The translations under genes and the position numbers were made by a program. A stretch of 62,476 nucleotides of DNA, the filler included, from Choristocarpus tenellus KU-1152 (lineage: Eukaryota; Protista; Phaeophyceae), in the NCBI GenBank assembly GCA_964200185.2. It is 9 parts of 9 records of this genome, joined end to end, with 100 filler letters (N's around TTAATTAATTAA, not from the genome) between each part and the next. Parts side by side here need not be neighbours in the genome. Positions count along the whole stretch, not along the records: positions 12,428 to 20,370 come from CAXNAD020005360.1; positions 20,471 to 39,350 come from CAXNAD020000512.1; 7 more parts are not named here. The stretch is one strand, 5' to 3'. This document shows, one piece after another, positions 13,150-25,430 of this stretch. How positions within the stretch are numbered: position 1 is the stretch's first letter; each line of letters starts with the position of its first letter. Below the pieces are notes generated by a model that saw nothing but the letters and a program-made list of their open reading frames with translations, was not told the origin of the DNA and did no database searches.

Positions 13150-13446
13150 GTGTCAAAAGTATCTTAGGGTTAGGGTGGGAACATGTCCATTTCGGGGGCC
13201 GAAATCCAATGTTCCGATTTTGATGTAATTTTTTTGGCTGTTGTATTTTTTAAGAATTGTCGGTGTGTCCTTGTTCCAGACACACCATTTCTCATAACGT
13301 GCGCATTTTTTACCTACTACTCCGAAACATTTTGGAGTAGGAAAATGTCATTTAAAAAAAAAAAAATCCATGGGAAGCCAAGTGTCCCACCAAATGGACA
13401 AACAGGGCAAAACTCGTCGTACCCTATTTTAAGATACTTTCAACTC
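13150..13446 (+). mobile_element. MITE family A (intronic, diverged)
   Basis: AAAGTATCTTAGGG...TACCCTATTTTAAGATACTTTCAACTC, with the internal CTACTCCGAAACATTTTGGAGTAG palindrome. Confidence 0.85.
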
Positions 13447-13799
13447 CAAGTATTTATTTTTTAGTTCTACAAAAAAAAATGTACGAGATTTACAAAAATC
13501 GCATTATTTTAATATGTCTATAATATCGTCGAGGTTTTGAGCTAAAGGACACCAGTATGGGGGGGGGAGGGTAGTATCAAGTACGACCCAAAATTGTGGA
13601 AAATGTGTTCTGAAAGTGCCTGTTCGGATGATTACTCACTCATCTGGTTCAGCAATATTTCCGACGTTACGTTTGTGGGGAAGTCAGATAATAGTTTTTT
13701 TTGGGTTGGGGGAGGCGGGGGGGGGGGGGGGGGGGGTGGGGTTCTCTTTTTTTGTTGAGTGAGGGTTTTGAAAACCCCCGTTTAAAAATTATGTGGTGT

Positions 13800-13839
<40 letters not shown>

Positions 13840-15562
13840 TGAAGTTCCCTTTTGTGATCAGTAGCAGTCTTCGAAACCTCCCGTTGAAATATCATATGCA
13901 GATACATTATCACAACTTCTTATCTATATCTTAAAACCCTGATGAAAATCACTGTGTTTGTTGTTACAGTGTTTGGTCTACTTCGTTCAAGTGTTGTTAT
14001 TGTTCTGAATGGCATGGTGTGAGAGCATGGAGGAGAGAGGAAACTGACGCCTTCAATCGTTTTGTTCTACGCCAGAATCATATCGTATCGTTTCATTGTT
14101 GTTTTTGTTCCCAATTCCGTTGAAAGTATTATGGTAGCATTTTATTTATTGTTGAGTAAATAAAAATGCCACATCTCGTGTTTCTCGCTCGACTGCGCAA
14201 CAACTTCCTGATTTGTGTTGGGCCAAAGTGTATTGCACCCCTACCAAAGCACTCACGTGCTGTACGCATATACACTCCTCAGGTTGATATATATATATTT
14301 TTGTATGTATATAGCGGACCAAAAGAATTCCGACCCATATTATTCTGTTGGGGGAGTCAGGCGTCCATCCATTCTGGGACAAATAAAAATAATAATTAAC
14401 CGCGAAGCGGGCATCAGACTGGGGTGTTTTATATGTACCCCATCAAGCCCGAATGGATTACCTAACCTAACCCACCCCCACCACCATCCTCTAGGATACG
14501 ATGAGCCTCCCGTCTATTTAACAAGTCGGAAGATGGTAGTGTTACATTTTCCTTTTAATTTTCACAGTTACATTTTCGGACATATGCCCTTGCACCACAT
14601 TGTTATCTTTCTAGCCAAGGGGGCAAACATACATACCAGGTTGTGGACTCTCTCACTTGCTGTCTCTCTCTCTCCCCCCACTTTTTAGGACAATTCTTTT
14701 AAGATGAAAAATAGAAAGACTTGTCTGTTTTGGTCCACTTCCCATGTGCTGTTAATTGTCTGTCTGCTTGGCCTTGACATTTTCTGAGGGCTCCTCCTGA
14801 AGTTAACGCTTTGGAAGTTTCCTTACCTGGGCGTCCCTGGGAAATTATTTTATGCCACATGCGTGTGTAGGCTAGCTTTTGAATTTTTTTTTTAGCATAT
14901 TTGACGTCTACAATGCTGCTTAGAAAATTAAAAAATTCTGCCAGTCACGTGACAGTTCGTATCTCATACCTAAACCACCCGGTCTGACCCAACCTATCAA
15001 AAGCCTGGCGCCAAAAAACTGAGACCCAGTCTGATCTTTTCATAATACATCTTTGCCTGAGCCGGCCAAGCTCGGTTCCGCAAAATCTTTCAACCCTGAT
15101 CCAGCTCACAGCATAGTCCCGTGACAAATAACAGGTACCTGGTATATATAGGACCCTGGATATTTGGGGGAGTTTATGTGCTGAAGTTTTCAAATACAAG
15201 AACTGACACCTGCTTTCTTTCAAAATCTGGTGATGTGGTTAAGCGGAGATGGGGGCACCCCTGTGACCTTGCCAGAAACATTAGAGGGCTTTCAGAGTTT
15301 AGCTTTTCCAAAAATGGTATCAGGCGCACTAAGACCTTCTGTGAAGCTCTCGCTGTACATTTCTTTTGGTGTGCGTGGCTGGACGATCAACGATAGGTCT
15401 GTCTTTCCACTCTATTGAGTCCAAACAAGATATACCCTTACCTTGACCATGTCTTATCCCCTCTACCGCACTGCTTACTTTTCGAGCAATGGACGCCCTC
15501 TCGCACTTCTGCCCCAACACAATCTGACCACAATCAAAATTTATAAATCACCATTGCATCAG

Positions 15563-15717
15563 GCTGGTCTCCCATCATTCATCGACGCACCCACTACTGA
15601 TCACTGGAATCCTGATACCTGCGATCAGCCCCGTTTTGAGGACTGGACGGGCCTGGACTCCCTCGTATCGCCTATTGCTGGACTCGTGGTTATGTTCGCA
15701 ATTTCCCTCCTGGAAAG
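15563..15717 (+). CDS. Next exon of the sodium:solute symporter
   Basis: cag| acceptor in phase 0, compatible with 12972. AGLPSFIDAPTTDHWNPDTCDQPRFEDWTGLDSLVSPIAGLVVMFAISLLE, then donor ag|gttagt. Confidence 0.82.
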
Positions 15718-15820
15718 GTTAGTTGGAGTGAAAGGTTTTAATAGAGCAGCTCATGAACAGTAGGGGTAGTGGGCATGGGAGCAGGACGTCTCAACCAGTG
15801 CATTTGTATTCGTACAAGTG

Positions 15821-15847
15821 GGTTAGGGTTAGGGTTATAGGGTTAGG
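15821..15847 (+). repeat. Interstitial TTAGGG-like repeat
   Basis: GGTTAGGGTTAGGGTTATAGGGTTAGG. Confidence 0.7.
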
Positions 15848-18699
15848 AAGTGGAATCACCTAGATTGAGTAAAGAGTGAGTCGTGAAAAGGGGTTTGCAA
15901 GGCAACATGGGGTTATGACATGTAGTATACTTACCGTAACTTGAAGTGGCACTGATGAAAGAAAAACGACTTCGGATCAATCAATCTGTTACCGGTTTTC
16001 CTTTGTAATGTTCGATATATTTTTGAACCGACTCAAGTCAACGTTTTGGGGGGAAATAGAAATGTAGGACCTTTTTGTTGCAAGATCAATGTGTTCATTT
16101 GTCGTTTTGCAAGGACAAATACTGCAGAAGGAGATCATGATGGTCACAACTTTCATCGTACATTTTTGAAAATAGATAAAAGTGCGCAGTACTTAACCAT
16201 CGCATGCACACAAACACACTACCAGTGAAGGAATTTGGTTGCAGTTTCACCTTTGGGATTGTTTGGTGGGGAAGATTAGCTATAATGTCAGTATGCTAGT
16301 ATTTTTAGGAAGTATCCTCTGTCCTACCATCCCCAGTTTGTTTCTCGGCTGCAATGGCAGATTCTATCAGGGCTTTTCTTGTATCAGCCACTGGAAAATA
16401 TTATTCAAGTTTTCCTGTGTTGTATAGTACTAACACAATAAAAAACACTCCCATGCCACAATCTTGGGCAGGGCCAAGGGATCCACCGTGTGGTGCTGCT
16501 TCCCTCCCCACTGGCTGGAACCCACTCCTGCACCAGATGTATCATCTGCAAAGTCCATCAATGATGATTCTAAGGCGTCAACAGTCCTTGACGCTTCTTC
16601 TGCTCCTGTAAAATCCTAAGGGATTAAAGTTGGTTTTTCTGTGTGGTCAATGTTGACAATGCTTCAAAGTAAAATTATTGGGAAATGTTGTTAGGGTGAT
16701 TTATTCATTAGCTGTATTCCACGACAATTAGAAATGTTTTTTTGTTTATCATTCTACTCTCCCTCAATCTCATCACCTCTAACTAATTTCGTTTCTTCAA
16801 TTTGATTAATATGGGCATTATTACTAGGGGCGGATAGTGTGCCATACTGCGGATCAGTTGAGGTTGTTTGCTTAGTAGTGGAGGATTACGTGGAGCATTT
16901 GTGCGTTGATTATTTCCCGCATCAATCGCCTACGAAACGTTCCACCAGTTTGTTTGGGAACAGTCTGGTGGGAAAAAAAAAATGGTAGACATTAGAGTTC
17001 ATTGGATCTCTACTGTTAACGATTTCTTTTACAGGGCAATTCCGCCCTACCAACCATGTTCCTCATGCCAGAAATTGCTGAAATTGGCCTCATATCTGGC
17101 ATGCATCGCCACTTAATTTTTTGGCTGATTTTATAGTCTATGGATCCACCTTTCATGTGCCCCCAAAGGAATAAGCATGCGATAAGGATATTGTAATCCG
17201 CATGTCTTTTGTTCCTCAGTATATCAATATTTTCCTATTTTTGTCTAGGGTACGTTAGTTATTTTCATCCTTGAATATGCAAAATATATCACTGGTGAAT
17301 TCCTGGGCCAAAACAAATGAATGAAGAGCCTTGATTTGATGTAAAGTAGCGTGAGGATGTTCTGGAAATGGATTGCTACCGACATTTCCAGGAATGGCTA
17401 CGAATTTTTGTTTCTTTTTGCTGAAGTATGGACGTGGCTGGTCTGGGAGGGGGGAGAGTGCTCGATGCTTCTGACATTCAAGGGAAGTAAGAATAGATTT
17501 GGTTGGTGTGAACAATGGAGTCAGGATCTTGGATATTGAGCTTGGGTAGGTATTTGCAGCTTTTTCCTGTACATCCCCACTGCTTCTCCCTATAGTCACT
17601 CCCACGTGTCATTCTGGAGCATTAAATATTTGTATTTTATTTAGTTGCCATCACAGACAGTAGTGAGAGGAGAATAAATATGTTTGAGGCAATGAAGGAC
17701 ATCTGAACAAGATCTGTAATATTTTAGTACAGAGCTAGTTTAATGGTTAGCGCTTGTACATCATGTTGGGCATTTCTGAGGGTTGGGAAGAGTTGGCATT
17801 TGCAACATGCAGAGTAAATGTTTTCTCAAGCCTCATCGTATCATCATCCCTTGAGATCAAGCGCATGTGGGAAGAGTCATGACACCTCTTCCATACTTCT
17901 CGCCTTCACACTGGCGCAGCTGCCTTGTTTAATATTTAATAATCTACAAAACCTATCTGTAGATAATGAGCTTCGTAAGAATATAAAGGAGGTCGTCGTT
18001 GACCTTCTCTTTCTGAATGACTGAAACGGTTACAACAGAGAAGGCTGTCTGTCTGGATTGGTTGTTGTGTGCCCTGTGTTTCTGGTTGTCTTTCAAACAA
18101 TTGCATCCCTGTGGTTTTTGGGGGACTTGAGAGGGGATGGTACAACAAGCTTACTGCAGAATACACTATATGTACCAGTCAAACTTTGTTGTGGCATAAG
18201 TGGGACAGGGTGATCTCATGATGGCCATCTCTTTTTATTATCTGGTAGTGATCCACTCTTTTTTCACAAGTTCCATGTACTTCCGACAAATTGACTAGAA
18301 ATGCTAACCACCAAATCGGGTTCAAGTGTTACAGGCACGCTCCAGAAACTTACATCCACAGGATGGGTAGCTCCAATTCGAAGATTAACGAACGTCAGCT
18401 CAGCAGAACAGGGGTACTCTCAAATGAATCAGTGTATGAAATGTTTTCGATATCAGTAAGAGAGTGCTATAGGTGGGGTCTCTAGTTCAGAAGAACTGAG
18501 CTGTTTGGAGCCGTTGGGGCTTCTTTGATTTACTAACATCGAAATATATCTGAGAACCCTTGCGTCTTTCCCGTGTTACATATTTCATTCTGCAACTTTT
18601 TAGAAAATCGGGGTTCCCAACGTGCGGACACTTCTCGCGCCGGTTAAAGTGCGGGAAGAAATACTCGCACTATTAGCCTGTAACACAAGGTATGCATAT

Positions 18700-18760
18700 G
18701 GCTCGAAGTATGTGGGGGGGGTGGCGGCTTTCCAAATGGGGCAAATCGTGTCTATATTGT
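18700..18760 (+). mobile_element. MITE family B, left-end fragment
   Basis: GGCTCGAAGTATGTGGGGGGGGTGGCGGCTTTCCAAATGGGG. Confidence 0.55.
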
Positions 18761-18972
18761 GCAAATGTACCTTGGGAGGTAATGCTATTTGTCAGTAGTG
18801 AAGAAAAGAAGGTGTGGAGCCTCACACGGTTCCCCTTCGCTGAATGTGATTACATGGTTGAAATTAGAAGAGTGACCTTTTGGGGGGTATCTTCTCATTG
18901 TTTATTTATTATTATTTGTGTTTCGCTACCAATTCAAAAGTAGCGAAAGGGAATGAATACCCATACATAATT

Positions 18973-19224
18973 AGGCCAAAGTATCTTAGAGGGTAGAGCC
19001 TCGTCCATTTGGAACCCAAAATCCAATGTTGCGATTTTGATGTGATTTTGGCTATCGTGTTTGTTAGAAGGTGTCAATATCCTTATTCTGAACACACCTT
19101 TTCATAACGTATACATTTTACCTAAACATTTCGGAGTAGGAAAAATGTAATAAAAAACCTGTAGAAACCAAGCCCCAAACGGACAAACAGGGAAAAACTC
19201 GTACCCTCTAAGATACTTTCACTC
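18973..19224 (+). mobile_element. MITE family A, complete, inserted in or next to a copia 3' LTR
   Basis: TIRs AAAGTATCTTAGAGGGTA / TACCCTCTAAGATACTTT. 4-bp TSD AATT at 18969-72 and 19225-28. Confidence 0.92.
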
Positions 19225-20370
19225 AATTCCATATATAATCCGGATGTACTATCTCATTAGTTACATCATATGGATTTGATTTCAACACAATAATCTCATA
19301 TTATACACAAAATAAGGTACACCTCACTATTGTCCTATTTTGTACACTCCCCCATGAGAGTGCAGGCAATGAAGAGTTGCTGGAACTCTCAAACCTAAGA
19401 AATGTTTTATTCTGTCAATGCAGTAAAAGAACGCAGATTACTTCAATTTTAACACGACATTCATCTTGTCAACACAGTCTACAAAGTCTTCCACCTGCTT
19501 CATACGTAGTCTTTTGGTCAATATGTCGGCAAGTTGGAGTGTCGTGGGAATATATTTTACTGTAAACAATCCTTTGCTAACATACTCCCTGGTGCATTTT
19601 AGTTTAATATCTACATACATGCCTTGTCCGTCCAATAAAGCCTTTAGTTGTTGCTACTTGGATTGCACCTCGATTGTCTCCATACCAAACCGTGACCCCT
19701 TTGAATATGCCCAGCTCCCCCAGGATGCCTCTGAGGAATATTGCATGCCTCATTCCATGCACCGTCGCTGTCCATTCTGCCTCTGATGTAGATGTGGTTA
19801 CAGCTCCTTGCATCTTGAATTTCCATGTAATTGGTGCTCCATTCATGAGTATCAGATACCCTGTCACGCTCCGCCTTGATCCAGTGTCATTGCCCCAGTC
19901 TGAGTCTCCGTACCCGACCAGGCCCCCATTGTCCATTTCGCCACCAGCAGGATAGTGTATCCCTACTTTCGTGGTGCCCGCTAGATATTGCAGAACATGT
20001 TGTAGTCCTTTCCAGTGCCGATCGCATGGAGATGCTGTATATCTTCCCAGTTCCCGCACACTGTTGGACAGGTTTGGTCGTGTCATCCCATCTAGGAACA
20101 TAAGTTTCCCCGGGATGGTGCGGTAAGGTTTGTACCTCTGGTCCAGCTCTTCCCCGTCAGTTCTTCTTGCGGTCAGGTCCATTCCTGGGTTTAAGGTGAT
20201 GAGGTACTCCGTACTTCTGTGGGTCCCATTCCTTCACGAACAATGCTCTCTACATAGAAATGTTTGTCTAGTGTGATGCCAGCCTCATCCCTGTTGATTG
20301 CCACCCCAACTAACTTGTCTGGGGTCCCGAGGTCCAGTCCTTCATACTTGGTAAGCAGATTGCTCTTCAT
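19225..20370 (-). mobile_element. Ty1/copia RT-RNase H 3' part with PPT and start of the 3' LTR
   Basis: PYRTIPGKLMFL..MTRPNLS, HWKGLQHVLQYLAGT, GYGDSDWGND..SRRSVTGY, STSEAEW, YGDNRGAI, RTRHV/DIK, QLADILTK. PPT GGGGGAG (19347-53) is followed by LTR TG at 19346. The far LTR end is not resolved. Confidence 0.95.
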
Positions 20371-20470
20371 NNNNNNNNNNNNNNNNNNNNNNNNNNNNNN
20401 NNNNNNNNNNNNNNTTAATTAATTAANNNNNNNNNNNNNNNNNNNNNNNNNNNNNNNNNNNNNNNNNNNN

Positions 20471-20533
20471 AGAGTAAAAAAGGGGCCCCCAATGGGCAGG
20501 CGGCACCCCCCCCCCCCCCAGATACTTTGAGCC
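20471..20533 (-). mobile_element. MITE family B, end at contig start
   Basis: ...CCCCCCCAGATACTTTGAGCC. Confidence 0.75.
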
Positions 20534-23500
20534 AGTTACCCTTCATTTTATGCCCTCTAATCCTGTTTTCTCATTATTTATTTATGATTAGTTCTCTTGT
20601 CATGACTCACAACTTCCATCGCTCTCTTGTACCCAGCATGATCCCTGGAGTGGACACCAACACGGGTTGATGTCGAAAACACTCTCTGACCCCATGGCCC
20701 TCTTTCCTCCCTTGTCACTATGGAGGCACTCCCATCGCTCCATTTTAGTCCCCTGACAAGAGAATTAAGACGGATTGGGGATAGAAGGTCAGTTTTTCTT
20801 GGGGAGGATGCGTATGGGGTTTGAGGCTAGGGTTGTGCATAGCGGGTGTCATGTGTTGGTCAAATATTCTAGGCTAATCTGAAGGGATTGATATTTTGAA
20901 CACTAAAGAACTTGGGGATAGATCAGGTTCAGGATGAGGTCGCAGATAGGCAAATTCATTTCCCTTGACTCAGATACTTGGCATTACCCTAACTGTATTG
21001 GGGCCTAAGGTGATCAAAGAAATAGTTCAAAGACAAATTGCTCAGACATCATATACATTGCTATCTACACCAGAGAATGTAGCCGGTGCTGCTTTGCATG
21101 GCATGGTGGTAGTTCCAAGTGCCCTGCAACACGTGGAAAACTGATAAATACGCTTTTTTTAATGATGAGTTGCCACGTTGCGCTTACCACTTGATCTGCC
21201 CAGCCACTCGAGACCTTTGTGACAGCATAGTAGAGGAGATAGTACTGCATATATTCACCGTAAGAAAGGGCAAGGGCAAGGGAGCATTATTCAGTCGTGG
21301 AAAGTAGTGCTCGAGGTGACACATTAAAGATTTTCAAGCACTATGTAGTCTTCTTTTTTGTGTGTTTCCATCACTTCTATTCACTACCTCGTTCATGTGA
21401 GCATCGAAGTTGGTCGGCGCTAGCATCCCCCACCCTCGTGCCTTCTTCTTGACTCACCTCGTAAGCAACAATCGACACCAACACTCCACTAGCGAATGTG
21501 GGACGCCAGCGCGATGACGTACCCACGAGGATATTGGTTGCAAGTGCCAATCCCACCAGAGTGAACAGCTAAATCCAAATACGGCAATTGACAAGGGGGA
21601 TGGCGATGATAGCCCGAGATGTTGGTTGAGCTAGATGGCATGAAGTAGTCGATCCCAATGAGAAGACTGCCTATCCTGGATGCTTCAGGTAGTACGAACG
21701 GCTAGACTAATGCATTCTTGAGCAGCGAACCGTACATTGAGCAAGTTGTGGAAGGCCCAGATCACATAGTTTGAGTTGTGTTTCTTCCCTTCATAGTTGT
21801 GTTTGCACTGAGTCGTAACCTAATGCGTAGGTTGTGCGATATGTTGAAGGGTGTCCTCACCGCCTGGAACCACAAGTCAAATAGGTTGAAACCATCGGCA
21901 GGGCTGGCCTTCATATTTCATCCATCTCCAGGTTGTCCAATTTAAAAACAACTTCCAACATGCACTTTTGTAGATCGATTGGGTGAAGAGGCAAACTAAG
22001 ATAGATCGAAAACCGTGAAACGCATAAGATCGTCACAACGCCACAGTAAGTAGTAGCATTAATCGTATTAAATTAGTTCAAAAGTAGATGTTCTACCATT
22101 GTTATTTTTTATACTTCGAACCACTCCTTATATTATTGAGGTGTACTCTCGTTTATTTTGGTTCAGTAGCAGTACGTACCACGAGAATTAATGCAGCGTG
22201 TAGTGCCTCTGACCACTGACCAGCTTTTCCCCTGACTTGCTTTAGGTGATAGTGATAGATAAGACAATGAAGTCCAGCGAACTTTCAATTATCAAGTTTG
22301 AATGCGGATGGATGTGATTGGGTCGTTGATACTTTAAACCTTTCGTTCTTACTAATGAATGTACTATTGAAACAACAAACTGACTGGTCATAATGGAGGG
22401 TTCGCTTACTTATTTGTGGTCCAACTCAGGTGAAAGTTCCCAAGGATTGAAGTGATGTTGGGCTATGATTGACGGGGGAAGATATTAATTGAGCCAAGGA
22501 ATCTTCAGCTAGCCTCACATTTGACTGCAAGCTAAGTCGTTTTTTAGTCAGGAGACAAGCACAAAAAAAATCCCCTTAGGGATCGCTCTACATCACCTGT
22601 ACGTGGCATGAGTGCAAAGAGCACACACACGCAAAACGTAAACTCCGCCTGCTTCACTACGCGAAAATCTCACCTACTACCTCCCTCCAGTACTTCCTTA
22701 GTATTGTCAGTTGTTATACAGTCATGCGGATACATTTGTCGTTCATGGTGTACATCAACAATGTGCTTTGTGCATATATTGCAATGTTTATAATCTTTCG
22801 TTGAAAGATGCATAATAGTCTTTCGTTAAAATGTTGAACATCTTCTGCCTCTTCCACCTCATGATGCAACTGCTCTCATTTTGATTACTTCATTTCCATT
22901 AATAAAACTAATTCTACTACTACGTAGTATTATACAACGAGCATTACTACAAAGTCTACTAAACTACAGATATGGTGGCCTTCGCATACTGTGGCCACCA
23001 GTACTAACTTAGATGATCCCCTCCCCCACAAATTATCCTGTTTTCCCTGCTTGCAACAAAAACCCCATCTTGTTCTGCTCCTCCTCTTCTTCCTGTTGCT
23101 GCAAAGAAGCGAGAACGGAGAGAGAGAAAGGCCACTTACATGCAGGGAGACGGAGGCAATGAACCTCACTCTAGTTTCAGTTGCACAGAACAAGTAACAG
23201 ATCAATTGATCGTGAAGAATCATGATGAGCACATTGTTTTCCAAATATCTTTAAAACGCAACACAAGAGATGAGCACACGCACAACCCCATGCCAGCACA
23301 ATCCTTGAGTCTCCTCAACCCCCCCCAAGAATAATCAATTCGCCAATATATACTACGACTACTACTATTACTATTATTTTGCCCCAGCTTGCTTGGGTCA
23401 CCATTTTTTATATATCAAGGTTAGGATTAGCATTCATCATGTAGTGTACTACAATTGGATGTCTATGCATTGTTCTATACTTCCACACACATAGTAGGTG

Positions 23501-25240
23501 ATTGTCAGAAGAATAATAGGAAAATATAAAAAAATATTGTGTTTGTTTGTCACCATCATTTCGAAGATTAAAATGACTCATGTACTGATAGAAAACTGAG
23601 CACAACCAGGTGAAGTGGAGTCAAAATTAACGGTTGTACCAGAGGTATTACAACTCAAAAAGGTTTTGTGTAATGAAAAATACACCTGGGTAAAGATCAC
23701 ACAGCCCAAGCTGTGAGGATGAAACAAAATGTCTCTGCAACGAGTCTGTAAACTGCAGTGTTGGCATGGAGGAAGGCGTACGACTAGAGTGGAAGAATGA
23801 TAGGTGAAATGGGGTAGAGAAGGTTGCCGGGCGTTCTGTTCTGCATTGTGGTGTGGTGATCGTAACCCTGTGTTCTACTACCTTAGGCTGTGAAGTATTT
23901 GTTTACTCCTCTTACTTTTCTTGTGTGTAGGGCCGTGGATGTGATTGTGAACATCTGCACACATCGAACAAATCGCGATTAAGTCATTTGTGCCTCACAA
24001 GTAAATAGACAAAGAATATGCACAAAGATTTTATGTGACATATCGGACCAATCACTATTTAACTCGTTCGTGATTCACAAATCGGTAGGCAGAAGATAGG
24101 TACAAATATTTGTATGTGAAGGTTGAAGGGGTGGTGAAGATGTACAAATCATTTCTAGACAGGAAGTACCGTTAATCATACGTGCTGATTACAACTCAAT
24201 TTTGAGGAATGATTTATATATCCCGATTTGTAGATATCACTCACGATTTTATAAACGTGTACACATGATTTGTCCCTGTATCAAGAGAAGATGAAGGTAA
24301 ATGGCTGATCTGTCCCCATCTCATCATCTACAAATCTTAACTTGCGATTAAATAGGAAACACCAATCGTGTACACTCGTACCACCTGTGATTTTAGAGGA
24401 AACAATTATTGTGTACAAATAATAGGTTACTGCTGCTGAAACATCGTACAATACTTGGTTCCCTTGTCATCCTAAGAAAATACACCCCCCCCCTTCAAAA
24501 CAGACACTTTGTGGAAGCCTCAGTAGTAGTGTAAAGGGTGACATGGCACCTCTAGTAGTTCCTGTCCTCAGGTTCAATACCTGTCAGGGTCACCCTCAAC
24601 TTTTCAAGTTGAAAAAATCGAACGGTATATCGGTGCTCAGTACTCTGAGCATATCACGTATGAGTAGCACTGCCCATGATAAACACGTAGATCATTTTTC
24701 GGTACAACTCATCCTCTGTGAAATGTTTACAGATAGTAGTCTGTGCCACTCCTTCCCCTATCTACGAAACATGTACAAATATTTACGCAGAAATACGTTG
24801 AGTTGAATCCCTAGACAATGACCTGTGCTTGTGAGCACAAGTTGTACATTCACAGCTCTGTTGATTTGTCAACATCTCACCAGTTGTCGGGATATTCATC
24901 CCACTCCCAGAAATACGATCGGGTTCCACAACTGAAGGAGTCAATCCCTACCTCTTTGACTTGTGAGGATATGCCTCAACATGCAAAACTCGGATTTTTG
25001 ACAGGAATGGCTATTGATTTGTGTCCGAAGTTGACTTGTACACTTGAAATCGGATTAGATTTGTCCATCGTGTGGACCCTTTGTGCATTCTTTGGAACAC
25101 CAAAGTCGCCGCGTTAATGACAACTGCGGTCCTTATAGTACGACATTCGGACGAAAATCTCCTCTTACTATTAATACTTGAAACTAACATTACAACGTTC
25201 CCTTCAAGATTCACTACAAAGTGTAAATTGAGCACAGGAA

Positions 25241-25430
25241 GACAGTAGTACAATATTTGATAGTGGTGAAGTAACTGATAGATCAATGGTTTCCACACTT
25301 ACAATGTTTTATAGTTTTCTCACGTTTAGGATATTTTGTTTCTTTAGGGCTAATAACGACATATATATAGTTTCATCGATTTCCCCCCTGACACATCTTC
25401 AAAATGTCAAGGGCATAATAACAAAATATT
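25241..25430 (+). repeat. Dispersed ~180-bp repeat with a 3' stem-loop (copies 25918-26091, 58768-58946, 59200-59290)
   Basis: Shared ATAGTGGTGAAGTAACTGAT...GGTTTCCAC and CCCTGACACAT...AAAATGTCA(G)AGGGCATAATAA. Confidence 0.85.

Noticed and set aside
16430-18240. Minus-strand coding fragments (DFADDT; ORF 17255-17605)
   Set aside because: Fragmentary and stop-ridden, and cannot be assigned to a family from sequence alone.
20638-20670. Possible terminal exon of the symporter (SMIPGVDTNTG*)
   Set aside because: The phase fits, but it lies across an assembly spacer and has no supporting motif.
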